Source: Propionibacterium ruminifibrarum (GTDB taxonomy: Bacteria > Actinomycetota > Actinomycetes > Propionibacteriales > Propionibacteriaceae). Taken from it: 32,000 nucleotides of DNA. The DNA is taken from positions 345,982-377,981 of the forward strand of contig NZ_OMOH01000002.1 in NCBI RefSeq assembly GCF_900289195.1. Direction: 5' to 3'. Shown in pieces: positions 1-8,944 of the stretch. The position numbers and the translations under genes are program-made. Every line of letters starts with the position of its first letter. Within the stretch, counting starts at the first letter, position 1. Below the pieces are notes generated by a model. It worked only from the letters and a program-made list of their open reading frames with translations. It made no database searches and had not been told where the DNA came from.

Positions 1-1545
1 ACCACCCTGGTGTGGGCGATGATCATCTACGGCTTCTTCGCCGCCGTCCTGCCGGTGTGGATGCTGCTCACCCCGCGGGACTACCTTTCCACCTTCATGA
101 AGGTCGGCACGATCGTCGTCCTGGCGCTAGGCATCATCCTCGTACGTCCCATCGTCGAGATGCCGGCCGTCACCGAGTTCGCCACCAACACCGCCGGTCC
201 GGTCTTCGCCGGCGGCATCTTCCCGTTCCTGTTCATCACGATCGCCTGCGGCGCCCTGTCCGGCATGCACGCCATGGTCTCCTCGGGCACCAGCCCCAAG
301 ATGATCCAGAAGGAGTCCCAGGCCCGCATGATCGGCTACGGCGGCATGCTCATGGAGTCCTTCGTGGCCGTCATGGCGATGGCCGCCGCCGTCAGCCTGA
401 ACCAGGGCATCTACTTCGGCATGAACACCTCGACGGCGACGGTCGACAACCTGGCAGGCAGCGCGGTCGTACAGGCGGCCGACAACCGTGAGGACATCAC
501 GGCGGAAGCCGTCCAGAATCTCGGGGTCTCCGACGTGTACGGCGGTCAGATCCGCGCCGCCTGGGACACCTGGGACGAGGACGGCAACACGGTCACCGTC
601 TACGACGGCGACGCCTACCGGGCGGTCGCCGAGGACGTCGGCGAGACCTCCATCGTCTCGCGCACCGGCGGCGCGCCGACCCTGGCCGTGGGCATGGCGC
701 ACATCCTGCACCAGGTCGGCGGGGGACGCACGATGATGGGCTTCTGGTACCACTTCGCGATCATGTTCGAGGCGCTGTTCATCCTGTCGGCGGTCGACGC
801 CGTCACCCGGGTGGCCCGCTTCCAGCTGTCGGACGCACTGGGCAATGTGATACCACGGTTCGCGGACCCGTCCTGGCGCATCGGCGCATGGATCTCCACC
901 GCTGTCGTGGTGGCCGCCTGGGGCTCGCTGCTCCTCATGGGCGTCACCGACCCACGCGGCGGCATCCAGACGCTCTACCCGCTGTTCGGCATCGCCAACC
1001 AGCTCATCGCCGCGGTCGCCCTGCTCGTGGTCACCGTCATGGTGGTGCGCAAGGGCTATGCCCGCTGGGCGTGGATACCGATCATCCCGCTGGTATTCGA
1101 CACGGTGGTGACCTTCACCGCCTCGTGGCAGAAGATCTTCTCCCACGATCCGGCCCTCGGCTACTGGCAGCAGTGGCGGGACGCGAGGAGCCTGCTCACC
1201 ACGCTCACCGATCCGGAGGAGATCGCCGTCGAACGGGCCATCGTGCGCAACACCTTCATCCAGGGGACGCTGTCGATCGTCTTCCTGGTGACGGTGGCCT
1301 TCGTCATGGTCTGCGGCATCATCCGCATCGTCCGGACGCTGCGCACCGGTGACACGACGACCTCGGAGGACCCGCGTCAGGAGTCGAACTTCTTCGCGCC
1401 CACCACGATGATCAGCACCGCGCTCGACAAGAAGTGCGTGGCCGAGTACGAGGTCGTCGGCGACCCGGCACTCATCCCCGGGTTGAAGCAGGCCGACCGC
1501 GCATCCCGGCAGACGGCCGGGACCGCGACGGAGACGGGCTCATGA
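1..1545 (+). CDS. cstA: Carbon starvation protein CstA (peptide/pyruvate transporter family), C-terminal ~514 aa; 5' end lies outside the window
   Basis: The frame is open from base 1. The product is a polytopic membrane protein with CstA-type blocks (GALSGMHAMVSSGTSPKMI, LYPLFGIANQLIAAVAL). It is followed by an ATGA-coupled YbdD-family small ORF, the canonical CstA partner. Confidence 0.9.
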   Translation, partial: TTLVWAMIIYGFFAAVLPVWMLLTPRDYLSTFMKVGTIVVLALGIILVRPIVEMPAVTEFATNTAGPVFAGGIFPFLFITIACGALSGMHAMVSSGTSPKMIQKESQARMIGYGGMLMESFVAVMAMAAAVSLNQGIYFGMNTSTATVDNLAGSAVVQAADNREDITAEAVQNLGVSDVYGGQIRAAWDTWDEDGNTVTVYDGDAYRAVAEDVGETSIVSRTGGAPTLAVGMAHILHQVGGGRTMMGFWYHFAIMFEALFILSAVDAVTRVARFQLSDALGNVIPRFADPSWRIGAWISTAVVVAAWGSLLLMGVTDPRGGIQTLYPLFGIANQLIAAVALLVVTVMVVRKGYARWAWIPIIPLVFDTVVTFTASWQKIFSHDPALGYWQQWRDARSLLTTLTDPEEIAVERAIVRNTFIQGTLSIVFLVTVAFVMVCGIIRIVRTLRTGDTTTSEDPRQESNFFAPTTMISTALDKKCVAEYEVVGDPALIPGLKQADRASRQTAGTATETGS

Positions 1546-1760
1546 GCCCCGGCCGTTCCGACCGACCGCTCGGCCGGGTCCATGCTGCCCTGCTCTCGGC
1601 GCGGACCCTGTGGCGCGACTTCACCGGGGAGTCCGCGTACGACCGGTACCTGCTGCGGCACAGTCTGGAGCATCCCGGTCATGAGCCGATGAGCGAACGC
1701 CAGTTCTGGCGGGCGCGCGTCGACTTCGACGAGGAGAACGTGTCCTCAGGCTGTTGCTGA
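1542..1760 (+). CDS. ybdD: YbdD/YjiX (DUF466) small protein, CstA-associated (seleno)protein family, 72 aa
   Basis: The ATG at 1542 overlaps the cstA stop (cATGA at 1541-1545). The sequence YDRYLLRHSLEHPGHEPMSERQFWRARVD and the C-terminal SGCC are typical of the family. The upstream part of the 108-aa track ORF overlaps cstA and was trimmed. Confidence 0.8.
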   Translation: MSPGRSDRPLGRVHAALLSARTLWRDFTGESAYDRYLLRHSLEHPGHEPMSERQFWRARVDFDEENVSSGCC

Positions 1761-1771
1761 GGGCCCGGCAC

Positions 1772-1810
1772 ACGGGGCGGCCCGAGTTCTGCCTGACCGG
1801 GCCGCCCCGT
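1772..1810. terminator. GC-rich hairpin between convergent ybdD and the GAP-family gene (putative bidirectional terminator)
   Basis: Perfect 13-bp stem: ACGGGGCGGCCCG (1772-1784) pairs with CGGGCCGCCCCGT (1798-1810), with a 13-nt loop. There is only a weak T tract (GTTCTG) downstream. Confidence 0.4.
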
Positions 1811-1861
1811 TCTGCGTGTGACGGAGCCCAGGCGTGGCGCATGCGCCCGGCGGCCCGCTGG

Positions 1862-2542
1862 TCAGTGCACGATCGCGAGTAGCACGAAGACGACGCCGAT
1901 GCCGAGCAGGACGGCGCCGGCGATCGGCCGGTGGTCGAGACGGGCGGCACGTTCGAAGAATGTCCTCACGGCATCCGCCACGCGCGGCATGCGCACCCAG
2001 GCGAGGACGGCGCCCAGGTAGGGGCCGACGAGGGCCGCCAGGAAGACGAGGTAGAGCAGGCCGGCGACGACGACGTCATGGGTGACCGAGGCGATGACAC
2101 GCCCCGTCACGTACATGGTCGCCGGCTCGCTGAGCCCGATGCCCGCGACCACGCCGAGACCGATCAGGTGCGACGGGGAACCGCCGTGGGAGGCCCTGGG
2201 CCGGCGCCTGCGCGGCAGGTTGACGCGCCAGTCGACGAGCTGAGCGGCCCCGGCGGCCAGGGCGAGCACTCCTGCGACCAGATCTACGCCACGGCGGATG
2301 AGCAGGGCCGAAGCCCTGGCCCTGAACAGGTCGGTGAGGCGGTCCGGGTCGACGAAGTGGAAGAGCACGAGCATGACGGTGGCGATCGCGGCGAGCCCCA
2401 CGCAGATCCAGGCGACGGACCGTCCCGGTCGCCTGGCCACGGTGAGCAGGTGCACGACGAGGGCATAGGTGGTCGGACTGAACCCCATGAGCAGCCCGAG
2501 GCCGATCATGGAGCCGGCGGCGGCCCACACGGCCCCCATCAC
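1862..2542 (-). CDS. Integral membrane protein, probably GAP/Sap (DUF2910-like) family, 226 aa
   Basis: About six hydrophobic segments with a basic central loop (NLPRRRRPRASHGG). The start ATG overlaps the truB stop (ATGA at 2542-2539). The family assignment rests on recalled resemblance only. Confidence 0.6.
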   Translation of the reverse strand: MMGAVWAAAGSMIGLGLLMGFSPTTYALVVHLLTVARRPGRSVAWICVGLAAIATVMLVLFHFVDPDRLTDLFRARASALLIRRGVDLVAGVLALAAGAAQLVDWRVNLPRRRRPRASHGGSPSHLIGLGVVAGIGLSEPATMYVTGRVIASVTHDVVVAGLLYLVFLAALVGPYLGAVLAWVRMPRVADAVRTFFERAARLDHRPIAGAVLLGIGVVFVLLAIVH

Positions 2543-3447
2543 TGCCCCTCCCCGCCGACCAGCACGGCCACGGCCCGTGACCGGCCCCGGCCGTCCGGGC
2601 GGTACAGGGCGACGAGTTCACCGGCCGGATCGACCAGGCCGGTCGGGTCGGCGGGTACCTCGACGGGGAGGAGGCCGCCGTGGACGACGATGGCGCGCTG
2701 CTCCTGGTCGATGTCGAGCACCGCGAGACTGCGGCGAGCGGCCTCGGCCATGGTCATCATCGGCGGAGCCGGTTCACCGGGGGCGGGCAGGTCGTGGGCG
2801 TCCTCGACGCGGTAGCCGTCGACCCGGGTGCGGCGCAGGGCGGTGAGATGGCCCCCGACGCCCAGTGCGGCACCGAGGTCGCGCGCGAGGGCCCTGACGT
2901 AGGTTCCCGATGAGCAGGTGACGACGACGTCGAGGTCGACCAGGCCATCCAGGTCATGCCTGCCGAGCACCGCGAACTCGCTGACGGTGACCGGGCGGGC
3001 GGCCAGTTCAACCCGTTCACCGGCACGCACCCGGGCGTAGGAGCGCCGCCCGTCGACCTTGATGGCCGAGACCGCGCTGGGCACCTGCATGATCGGGCCG
3101 CGCAGCGCGGCGACGGCCCCCTCGATCGCCGCGTCACTCAGCCGGGAGGCATCGGTCGTCTCGGTGACCTCGCCCTCGGCGTCATCGGTGACGGTCGTCT
3201 GCCCGAGCCGGATGGTGGCCGTGTAGGTCTTGTCCTTCAACGCCAGGTGACCGAGCAGGCGGGTGGCCCGGTTGACGCCGATGAGGAGCACACCGGTGGC
3301 CATCGGATCGAGGGTCCCGGCGTGACCGACGCGCCGCGTCGCGAACAGACGCCGGCAGCGCCCCACCACCTGGTGAGAGGTGAGGCCTGCCGGTTTGTCG
3401 ATGACGACCAGGCCGCTGGGCCCGGCCGGGGCGGTGCGTCTGCTCAC
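2539..3447 (-). CDS. truB: tRNA pseudouridine(55) synthase TruB
   Basis: Motifs [14 protein letters not shown] and [17 protein letters not shown] (catalytic Asp). The GTG start overlaps the rbfA stop (GTGA). It occupies the conserved position after rbfA. Confidence 0.93.
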   Translation of the reverse strand: MSRRTAPAGPSGLVVIDKPAGLTSHQVVGRCRRLFATRRVGHAGTLDPMATGVLLIGVNRATRLLGHLALKDKTYTATIRLGQTTVTDDAEGEVTETTDASRLSDAAIEGAVAALRGPIMQVPSAVSAIKVDGRRSYARVRAGERVELAARPVTVSEFAVLGRHDLDGLVDLDVVVTCSSGTYVRALARDLGAALGVGGHLTALRRTRVDGYRVEDAHDLPAPGEPAPPMMTMAEAARRSLAVLDIDQEQRAIVVHGGLLPVEVPADPTGLVDPAGELVALYRPDGRGRSRAVAVLVGGEGQ

Positions 3448-3866
3448 TCGGTCTCGTCGTCGGCCCGGTAGGGGTCGGCCGATCCGGCGAACTCGGTGCC
3501 CTTGCGGGACTCCAGTTCCTCGTCGGCCTGCCGAACCCTGGCGAGCAGGTCCTCCATGTCCGCCGCGGCCTCGGTGGTCGCGTCGGGCACGAAGGTCAGC
3601 GTCGGGGCGAACCGCAGGCCCAGTCTCTTGCCGACGGTGGACCGCATCAGGCCCTTCGCCGATTCGAGCGCCGCGGCGGTGGCGGCCAGGTCGGACTGGT
3701 CCCCCATCACGGTGTAGAAGACGGTGGCCTCGCGGGCGTCACCGGTGAGACGCACGTCCGTGACGGTGACGAAACCCAGCCGCGGGTCCTTGACGCGCCT
3801 CTGCAGCATCTGGGCGACGACGACCTGGATCTGGTCCTCGAGTTTGGCGATCCGGGGGCTGGGCAT
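3444..3866 (-). CDS. rbfA: Ribosome-binding factor A (30S maturation), 140 aa
   Basis: Contains [50 protein letters not shown] chose the ATG at 3866, which shares its A with the infB TGA (TGATG). The longer 169-aa track ORF would overlap infB. Confidence 0.9.
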   Translation of the reverse strand: MPSPRIAKLEDQIQVVVAQMLQRRVKDPRLGFVTVTDVRLTGDAREATVFYTVMGDQSDLAATAAALESAKGLMRSTVGKRLGLRFAPTLTFVPDATTEAAADMEDLLARVRQADEELESRKGTEFAGSADPYRADDETE

Positions 3867-6730
3867 CACGCGTCCCTTTCCTTCTCGACCATCTCGTAGG
3901 TCTCGACCTGGTCCCCGATCTGGATGTCGGAGTAGCCAAGCGTGAGACCGCACTCGAAGCCCTCACGGACCTCTGTGACGTCGTCCTTCTCACGGCGCAG
4001 CGAGTTGATCGAGGTCTCGGCGAGGACGACGCCGTCGCGCACCAGGCGCGCCTTGGCGTTGCGCCTGATGAGACCGTCGAGCACCATGCACCCGGCGATG
4101 TTGCCGACCTTGGACGAGCGGAAGATCTCGCGGATCTCGGCGGTGCCGAGCGTCTTCTCCTCGTAGACGGGCTTGAGCATGCCCTTGAGGGCGGACTCGA
4201 TCTCGTCGATGGCGTCGTAGATGACCGTGTAGTAACGGACGTCGACGTTGTTCTGGTCGGCCATGCGCGCGGCCTGGACGGTCGGGCGCACGTTGAAGCC
4301 GATGATGACGGCGTGCGGCTCGGATGCGGCGGCCAGCGTGACATTCGTCTCGGTGATGGCGCCGACACCACGATCGATGACGCGCAGGTCGACCTCGTCG
4401 CCCACGTCGATCTGGCTGAGCGAGTCCTCCAGCGCCTCGACCGAGCCGGCCGAGTCGCCCTTGAGGATGAGCAGCAGCTCGTTGGTCTCGCCCTTCTCCA
4501 TCTGCTCGAACAGTTCGTCGAGCGTCCGGCGGCGGCTCGACGCCGCCTGCTGGGCCGCACGGATGCGGGCCTCGCGCTTCTCGGCGATCTGGCGGGCCAT
4601 CCGGTCGTCCTCGACGACCAGGAAGTTGTCGCCGGCTCCCGGAATGTTGGTCAGGCCCAGCACCTGGACGGGCGTCGAGGGGGACGCCTCGTCGACCTGT
4701 TCGCCATGGTCGTTGACCAGGGCCCGCACCCGGCCGTACGCGGACCCGGCGACGATCGAGTCGCCCTTGCGCAGGGTGCCGCGCTGGACGAGGGCGGTGG
4801 CGACGGGGCCACGGCCCTTGTCGAGGTGGGCCTCGATGGCGACGCCCTGAGCGGCCATGTCGGGATTCGCCCGCAGGTCCAGGGCCGCGTCGGCGGTCAG
4901 GATGATGGCCTGCAGCAGGTCGTCGAGCCCCTGGCCGGTGACGGCGGAGACGTCGACGAACATGGTGTCGCCGCCGTACTCCTCGGGCACCAGGTCGAAC
5001 TCGGTCAGCTGGCCACGCACCTTGGTGGGGTCGGCGCCGGGCTTGTCGATCTTGTTCACCGCGACGACGATCGGCACGTCGGCGGCCTTCGCGTGGTTGA
5101 GGGCCTCGATGGTCTGCGGCATGACACCGTCATCGGCCGCGACGACGAGCACCGCGATGTCGGTGGACTTCGCGCCGCGGGCACGCATGGCGGTGAAGGC
5201 CTCGTGACCCGGGGTGTCGATGAAGGTGATGCGGCGATCCTCGTCGTCGACCTCGGCCTGCACCTGGTAGGCGCCGATCGACTGGGTGATGCCGCCGGCC
5301 TCGCCCTCGACCACGTGGGTGTGACGCAGCGCGTCGAGCAGCTTGGTCTTGCCGTGGTCGACGTGACCCATGACGGTGACGACCGGGGGGCGCGGGGCGA
5401 GATCGGACTCGTCACCGGCGTCCTCACCGAACTCCAAGTCGAAGCTCTCGAGGAGCTCCCGGTCCTCGTCCTCGGGGGAGACCACGTCGATGGTGTAGTT
5501 CAGTTCGGCGCCGAGGACCTCGAGGGTCTCGTCCGGCACGGACTGGGTGGCGGTGATCATCTCGCCCAGGTTGAACAGGACCTGCACCAGGGCGGCCGGG
5601 TCCGCGCCGATCTTCTCGGCGAGATCGGTCAGCGAGGAGCCGCGGCGCAGCCGAATGGTTTCGCCGTTGCCCTGCCTGATGCGCACGCCGCCGATCGTCG
5701 GCGCCTGCATCTCGTCGAACTCTTGCCTGCGCTGCTTGCGGCTCTTGCGGCCACGACGGCTACCGCCGCCCCGTCCGAAGGCACCCTGGGTGCCCGAACC
5801 GCCACGGCCGCCGCGTCCACCGCGGCCGCCGCCGAGAGGCGCACCCATGCCGGGCCCGCCGCGGAAACCACCGCCGCGGCCGGGACCACTGCTGCCACGC
5901 CCGCGGCCGCCGCCACGGGCCGGGCGACTGCCGGCGGGAGCTAGCTGGGAGTTGTGTCGCTTGGGCATCATCGCCGGGTTGGGGCGAGGCATGCCGGAGG
6001 TGCCGCCGGGACGGGGCAGACCCCCCGTGGGCCCCGGGCGAGGTGCACGCGACCTGGCCCCCTCGGCGGGCCGGCCCTGCTGCCCCTGCCCCCGGCGCTG
6101 CTGCCCCATGCCCTGGGAGGAGCTGTACGGGTTGTTGCCGGGGCGCGGGGCACCGGTACGGCGGCCACGGCTGGTGGGCAGGCCGCCGGTGGCGCCCGGC
6201 CGGGAACCCGACGGACGGGGACCGGGGCGTGGCCCCGGACGTGCGGACGGTGCGCCGCCGGAACGCTGCTGGCTCGGCGCCGAGGGCCGCGGGCCCGGAG
6301 TGGGACGGCCGCCGGGTCGGGCCGGGGCGCCCGGACGCGGGGTCGGCGAGGAGACCGGGGCCGACTCGGCGGCCGGTGCCGGTGCCTTCGGGATCGGTGT
6401 CTGGCCGGGCTTGGGGGCGGCACCGGGCTTGGGCGCCCCCGGGGTCGCCGCGGGCTTCGCCGGACCGGGGCGCGCCGCAGGGGCGGACGAGCCAACCGTC
6501 GGCGCGGACGAACGCGAGGCCTTCGATGCCGGCGCGGGCTTGGCTGCGGGCGATGAATCGCCCCCGGCGCTCTCGGACTTGACCTTCTCGGTCACCCTGC
6601 GCACCACGGGGGCTTCAATGGTTGACGAAGCGGAACGAACGAACTCGCCCATGTCCTTCAGCTTCGCCAGAAGTTCTTTGCTTTCGAGTCCGAGCTCCTT
6701 GGCGAGCTCGTAGACGCGGACCTTGGCCAC
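3866..6730 (-). CDS. infB: Translation initiation factor IF-2 (954 aa) with a long Pro/Gly/Arg-rich N-terminal region
   Basis: [15 protein letters not shown]-terminus; G domain [32 protein letters not shown] start at 6730 preceded by GAAGGAG. Confidence 0.97.
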   Translation of the reverse strand: MAKVRVYELAKELGLESKELLAKLKDMGEFVRSASSTIEAPVVRRVTEKVKSESAGGDSSPAAKPAPASKASRSSAPTVGSSAPAARPGPAKPAATPGAPKPGAAPKPGQTPIPKAPAPAAESAPVSSPTPRPGAPARPGGRPTPGPRPSAPSQQRSGGAPSARPGPRPGPRPSGSRPGATGGLPTSRGRRTGAPRPGNNPYSSSQGMGQQRRGQGQQGRPAEGARSRAPRPGPTGGLPRPGGTSGMPRPNPAMMPKRHNSQLAPAGSRPARGGGRGRGSSGPGRGGGFRGGPGMGAPLGGGRGGRGGRGGSGTQGAFGRGGGSRRGRKSRKQRRQEFDEMQAPTIGGVRIRQGNGETIRLRRGSSLTDLAEKIGADPAALVQVLFNLGEMITATQSVPDETLEVLGAELNYTIDVVSPEDEDRELLESFDLEFGEDAGDESDLAPRPPVVTVMGHVDHGKTKLLDALRHTHVVEGEAGGITQSIGAYQVQAEVDDEDRRITFIDTPGHEAFTAMRARGAKSTDIAVLVVAADDGVMPQTIEALNHAKAADVPIVVAVNKIDKPGADPTKVRGQLTEFDLVPEEYGGDTMFVDVSAVTGQGLDDLLQAIILTADAALDLRANPDMAAQGVAIEAHLDKGRGPVATALVQRGTLRKGDSIVAGSAYGRVRALVNDHGEQVDEASPSTPVQVLGLTNIPGAGDNFLVVEDDRMARQIAEKREARIRAAQQAASSRRRTLDELFEQMEKGETNELLLILKGDSAGSVEALEDSLSQIDVGDEVDLRVIDRGVGAITETNVTLAAASEPHAVIIGFNVRPTVQAARMADQNNVDVRYYTVIYDAIDEIESALKGMLKPVYEEKTLGTAEIREIFRSSKVGNIAGCMVLDGLIRRNAKARLVRDGVVLAETSINSLRREKDDVTEVREGFECGLTLGYSDIQIGDQVETYEMVEKERDA

Positions 6731-6970
6731 TACTCTCCTTCAGGTCCAGGCGTCTGCCGGGACCGGTTAGTTGTCGGTTGTGCTCATTGCTGCGTACTCA
6801 TCGAGTGGTCATGAGCGTTAGCCCACTTTCAGAAATCACCGGGACCACACCGCACCTCGCGGCACGACTGACCGCACGCCGGAATGACGCGCAAGGATCA
6901 GTTTACCCCGCAGCACCCCTCGGAGGCCAAACGGGGACGGGGTGGGTCGGCAGCCGGTTGCGCGGTCCGA

Positions 6971-7216
6971 CTACCCGAAGGGCGGTCGGTCTATCTGGTC
7001 GGGGCGGATCGGGGTTCGGAAGCTGCGGGCGAATCCCCCGCGCAGCGCACCGTCCCAGCAGCGTGGATCCGGATGCACCCAGGCCCCCCGCCCCGGGACA
7101 CGACGATCCTCGTCGAGCACCAGTCCGTGCCCGGTGCGCACATAGCGGCGCAGCGCACCCGGGTCATCGACGCGTCGGCAGCCGACACAGGTCCGCAGCG
7201 GACGTGATCTGCTCAC
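6971..7216 (-). CDS. ylxR: YlxR/RnpM family (DUF448) RNA-binding protein, ~81 aa; N-terminus uncertain
   Basis: Diagnostic PLRTCVGCRR ... GRGAWVHP motif. The GTG at 7216 gives a family-typical length. The upstream part of the 161-aa ORF runs into the tetR promoter/CDS and has poor codon bias. Confidence 0.75.
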   Translation of the reverse strand: MSRSRPLRTCVGCRRVDDPGALRRYVRTGHGLVLDEDRRVPGRGAWVHPDPRCWDGALRGGFARSFRTPIRPDQIDRPPFG

Positions 7217-7310
7217 GTGACCAGGGTACCGATCCCCGGTTCCGGCTCTGGCCGTCGGCCGCTGCGCGTGGCGACACCGAGGCCCTGCCGGGTGCCGCCC
7301 GGAGAAGTTG

Positions 7311-7370
7311 TCCAACAACCGTTGAACTACGCGGCGTCTTTCGTCCATACTGTTTTCAACAGTTGTTGAA
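7311..7370 (+). promoter_or_regulatory. Putative tetR/ABC promoter with two TetR-type operator sites
   Basis: Site 2 (7355-7370) is TTCAACA-GT-TGTTGAA, with perfect 7-bp inverted arms. Site 1 (7311-7326) is TCCAACAACCGTTGAA, and its reverse complement matches site 2 at 14/16 positions. Between them lie TTGAAC (7322-7327), an 18-nt spacer and CATACT (7346-7351). An AAGGAG SD at 7369-7374 precedes the ATG at 7380. Confidence 0.45.
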
Positions 7371-7379
7371 GGAGCTGTC

Positions 7380-8018
7380 ATGGCCGGCCCTACCGGCGAC
7401 CTCGCCGGCGCCCCTCGGCGCAGAGCAAAGTCCGAGGCGACCCGTGATGCGCTCATCGCCTCGGCCCGTGAGTTGTTCGCGGCCAGGGGCTACGCGGGCG
7501 CCTCGGTACGCGCCATCGCGCGCGGCGCCGGGGTCGACCCGTCCCTCATCAATCACTACTTCGGCGGCAAGGAGGGACTGTTCGGGCAGGCGATGCAGAT
7601 CCCGCTCGATCTGCAGGAGGTGCTGGCACGCTTCGACCGGGTCTGCTCGGCGGACGAGTTGCCCGAGCTCATCGCCAGGACCTACCTCGAGATCTGGGAG
7701 AGTCCCGAGACGGGGCCGCAGATGACGGCTCTCCTGCGACGCGCGCTCGACGACCCGGACCAGTTCAGCGCCCTGGTCGGTTTCCTCTTCTCGGCACTGG
7801 TCGAACCCGTCTCGGCCAGGCTGGGAGATCTCAGCGCCGAGCAGGCACGGCTGCGCCTCACCTTGGTGGCCAGTCACCTCATGGGCACGCTCATCGCACG
7901 GAAGATCCTGCACCTCGAACCGCTGGCGAGTCTGTCAGGTGACGCGCTCCTCGAGCTGATCGGCCCGACGATCCGGGCCGACCTGACGGCCCCCGAGAAC
8001 ACCCCCGAGGAGGACTGA
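7380..8018 (+). CDS. TetR/AcrR family transcriptional regulator
   Basis: N-terminal HTH region TRDALIASARELFAARGYAGASVRAIARGAGVDPSLINHYFGGKEGLF. It is followed 2 nt later by the ABC ATPase gene. Confidence 0.9.
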   Translation: MAGPTGDLAGAPRRRAKSEATRDALIASARELFAARGYAGASVRAIARGAGVDPSLINHYFGGKEGLFGQAMQIPLDLQEVLARFDRVCSADELPELIARTYLEIWESPETGPQMTALLRRALDDPDQFSALVGFLFSALVEPVSARLGDLSAEQARLRLTLVASHLMGTLIARKILHLEPLASLSGDALLELIGPTIRADLTAPENTPEED

Positions 8019-8020
8019 TC

Positions 8021-8944
8021 ATGGGAACGGACCCGGTGATCCTCACCCGTGGCCTGGTCAAACGGTTCGGCTCGTTCACCGCCCTCGACGGCCTCGACCT
8101 GGAGGTCGCGCCCGGCGAGGTGCACGGCTTCCTCGGTCCGAACGGTTCCGGCAAGTCCACCACCATCCGCATCCTGCTCGGCCTGCTGCGCGCCGGCGGC
8201 GGCCATGTCGAGCTGCTCGGCGGCGATCCGTGGCGCGACGCGGTCGCGCTGCACCGCCGGATCGCCTACGTGCCCGGGGACGTCTCGCTGTGGCCGGGCC
8301 TGTCCGGCGGTGAGGCCATCGACCTGCTGGGCAGCCTGCGGGGCGGACTGGACATGCGACGCCGGGCCGAGCTCATCGAGCGTTTCGAACTGGACCCCAC
8401 CAAACGCGGCCGGCAGTACTCCAAGGGCAACCGGCAGAAGGTTGCCATCGTCGCGGCTCTCGCCTCGGACGCGGAGCTGCTCATCCTGGACGAGCCGACG
8501 TCGGGGCTGGACCCGCTCATGGAGGCCGTCTTCCAGTCCGAGATCGCCGACGAGCGGGCGAGGGGCCGCACGGTGCTGCTGTCCAGCCACATCCTGTCCG
8601 AGGTCGAGGCGCTGGCGGACCGGGTGAGCATCATCCGCCGGGGCCGCGTCATCTCCTCGGGCACCCTGGCCGAGCTGCGCGGCAGCACCCGGACCCGCGT
8701 CCGCGTCCGCGTCGAGCGGCTCCCCGCCGAGCTGTCCGCCCTGCCGCTGGCGGATCCGCGAGTCGACGCGAGCGGCGTGCTGAACGCGTTGGTGGAACCG
8801 GACCGCATCGACGAGGCGATGGCCGCACTGTTGCCCCTCAAGATGTCGGAGCTGGAGGTCTCCCCCGCCTCCCTCGAGGACCTCTTCCTCCACCAGTACG
8901 AGGACGCCGCCGATGCCGCTGGGCACGAGGGAGGGGACGCGTGA
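8021..8944 (+). CDS. ABC transporter ATP-binding protein (ABC-2/DrrA-like exporter ATPase)
   Basis: Walker A GPNGSGKST, signature-like YSKGNRQK, Walker B LLILDEPTSGLD, H-loop SSHIL. Confidence 0.92.
   Translation: MGTDPVILTRGLVKRFGSFTALDGLDLEVAPGEVHGFLGPNGSGKSTTIRILLGLLRAGGGHVELLGGDPWRDAVALHRRIAYVPGDVSLWPGLSGGEAIDLLGSLRGGLDMRRRAELIERFELDPTKRGRQYSKGNRQKVAIVAALASDAELLILDEPTSGLDPLMEAVFQSEIADERARGRTVLLSSHILSEVEALADRVSIIRRGRVISSGTLAELRGSTRTRVRVRVERLPAELSALPLADPRVDASGVLNALVEPDRIDEAMAALLPLKMSELEVSPASLEDLFLHQYEDAADAAGHEGGDA

Noticed and set aside
4313-5944. 543-aa plus-strand ORF, plus several 100-390 aa ORFs (3739-4560, 5547-6713, 5954-6582), antisense to or out of frame with infB
   Set aside because: infB (IF-2) accounts for the region with unambiguous G-domain motifs. 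The competing ORFs are low-complexity GC artefacts.
5750-6600. Repetitive GGRGG / PRPGP-coding DNA that might look like a tandem repeat or array
   Set aside because: It encodes the low-complexity Pro/Gly/Arg-rich N-terminal region normal for actinobacterial IF-2. It has no regular repeat-spacer periodicity.
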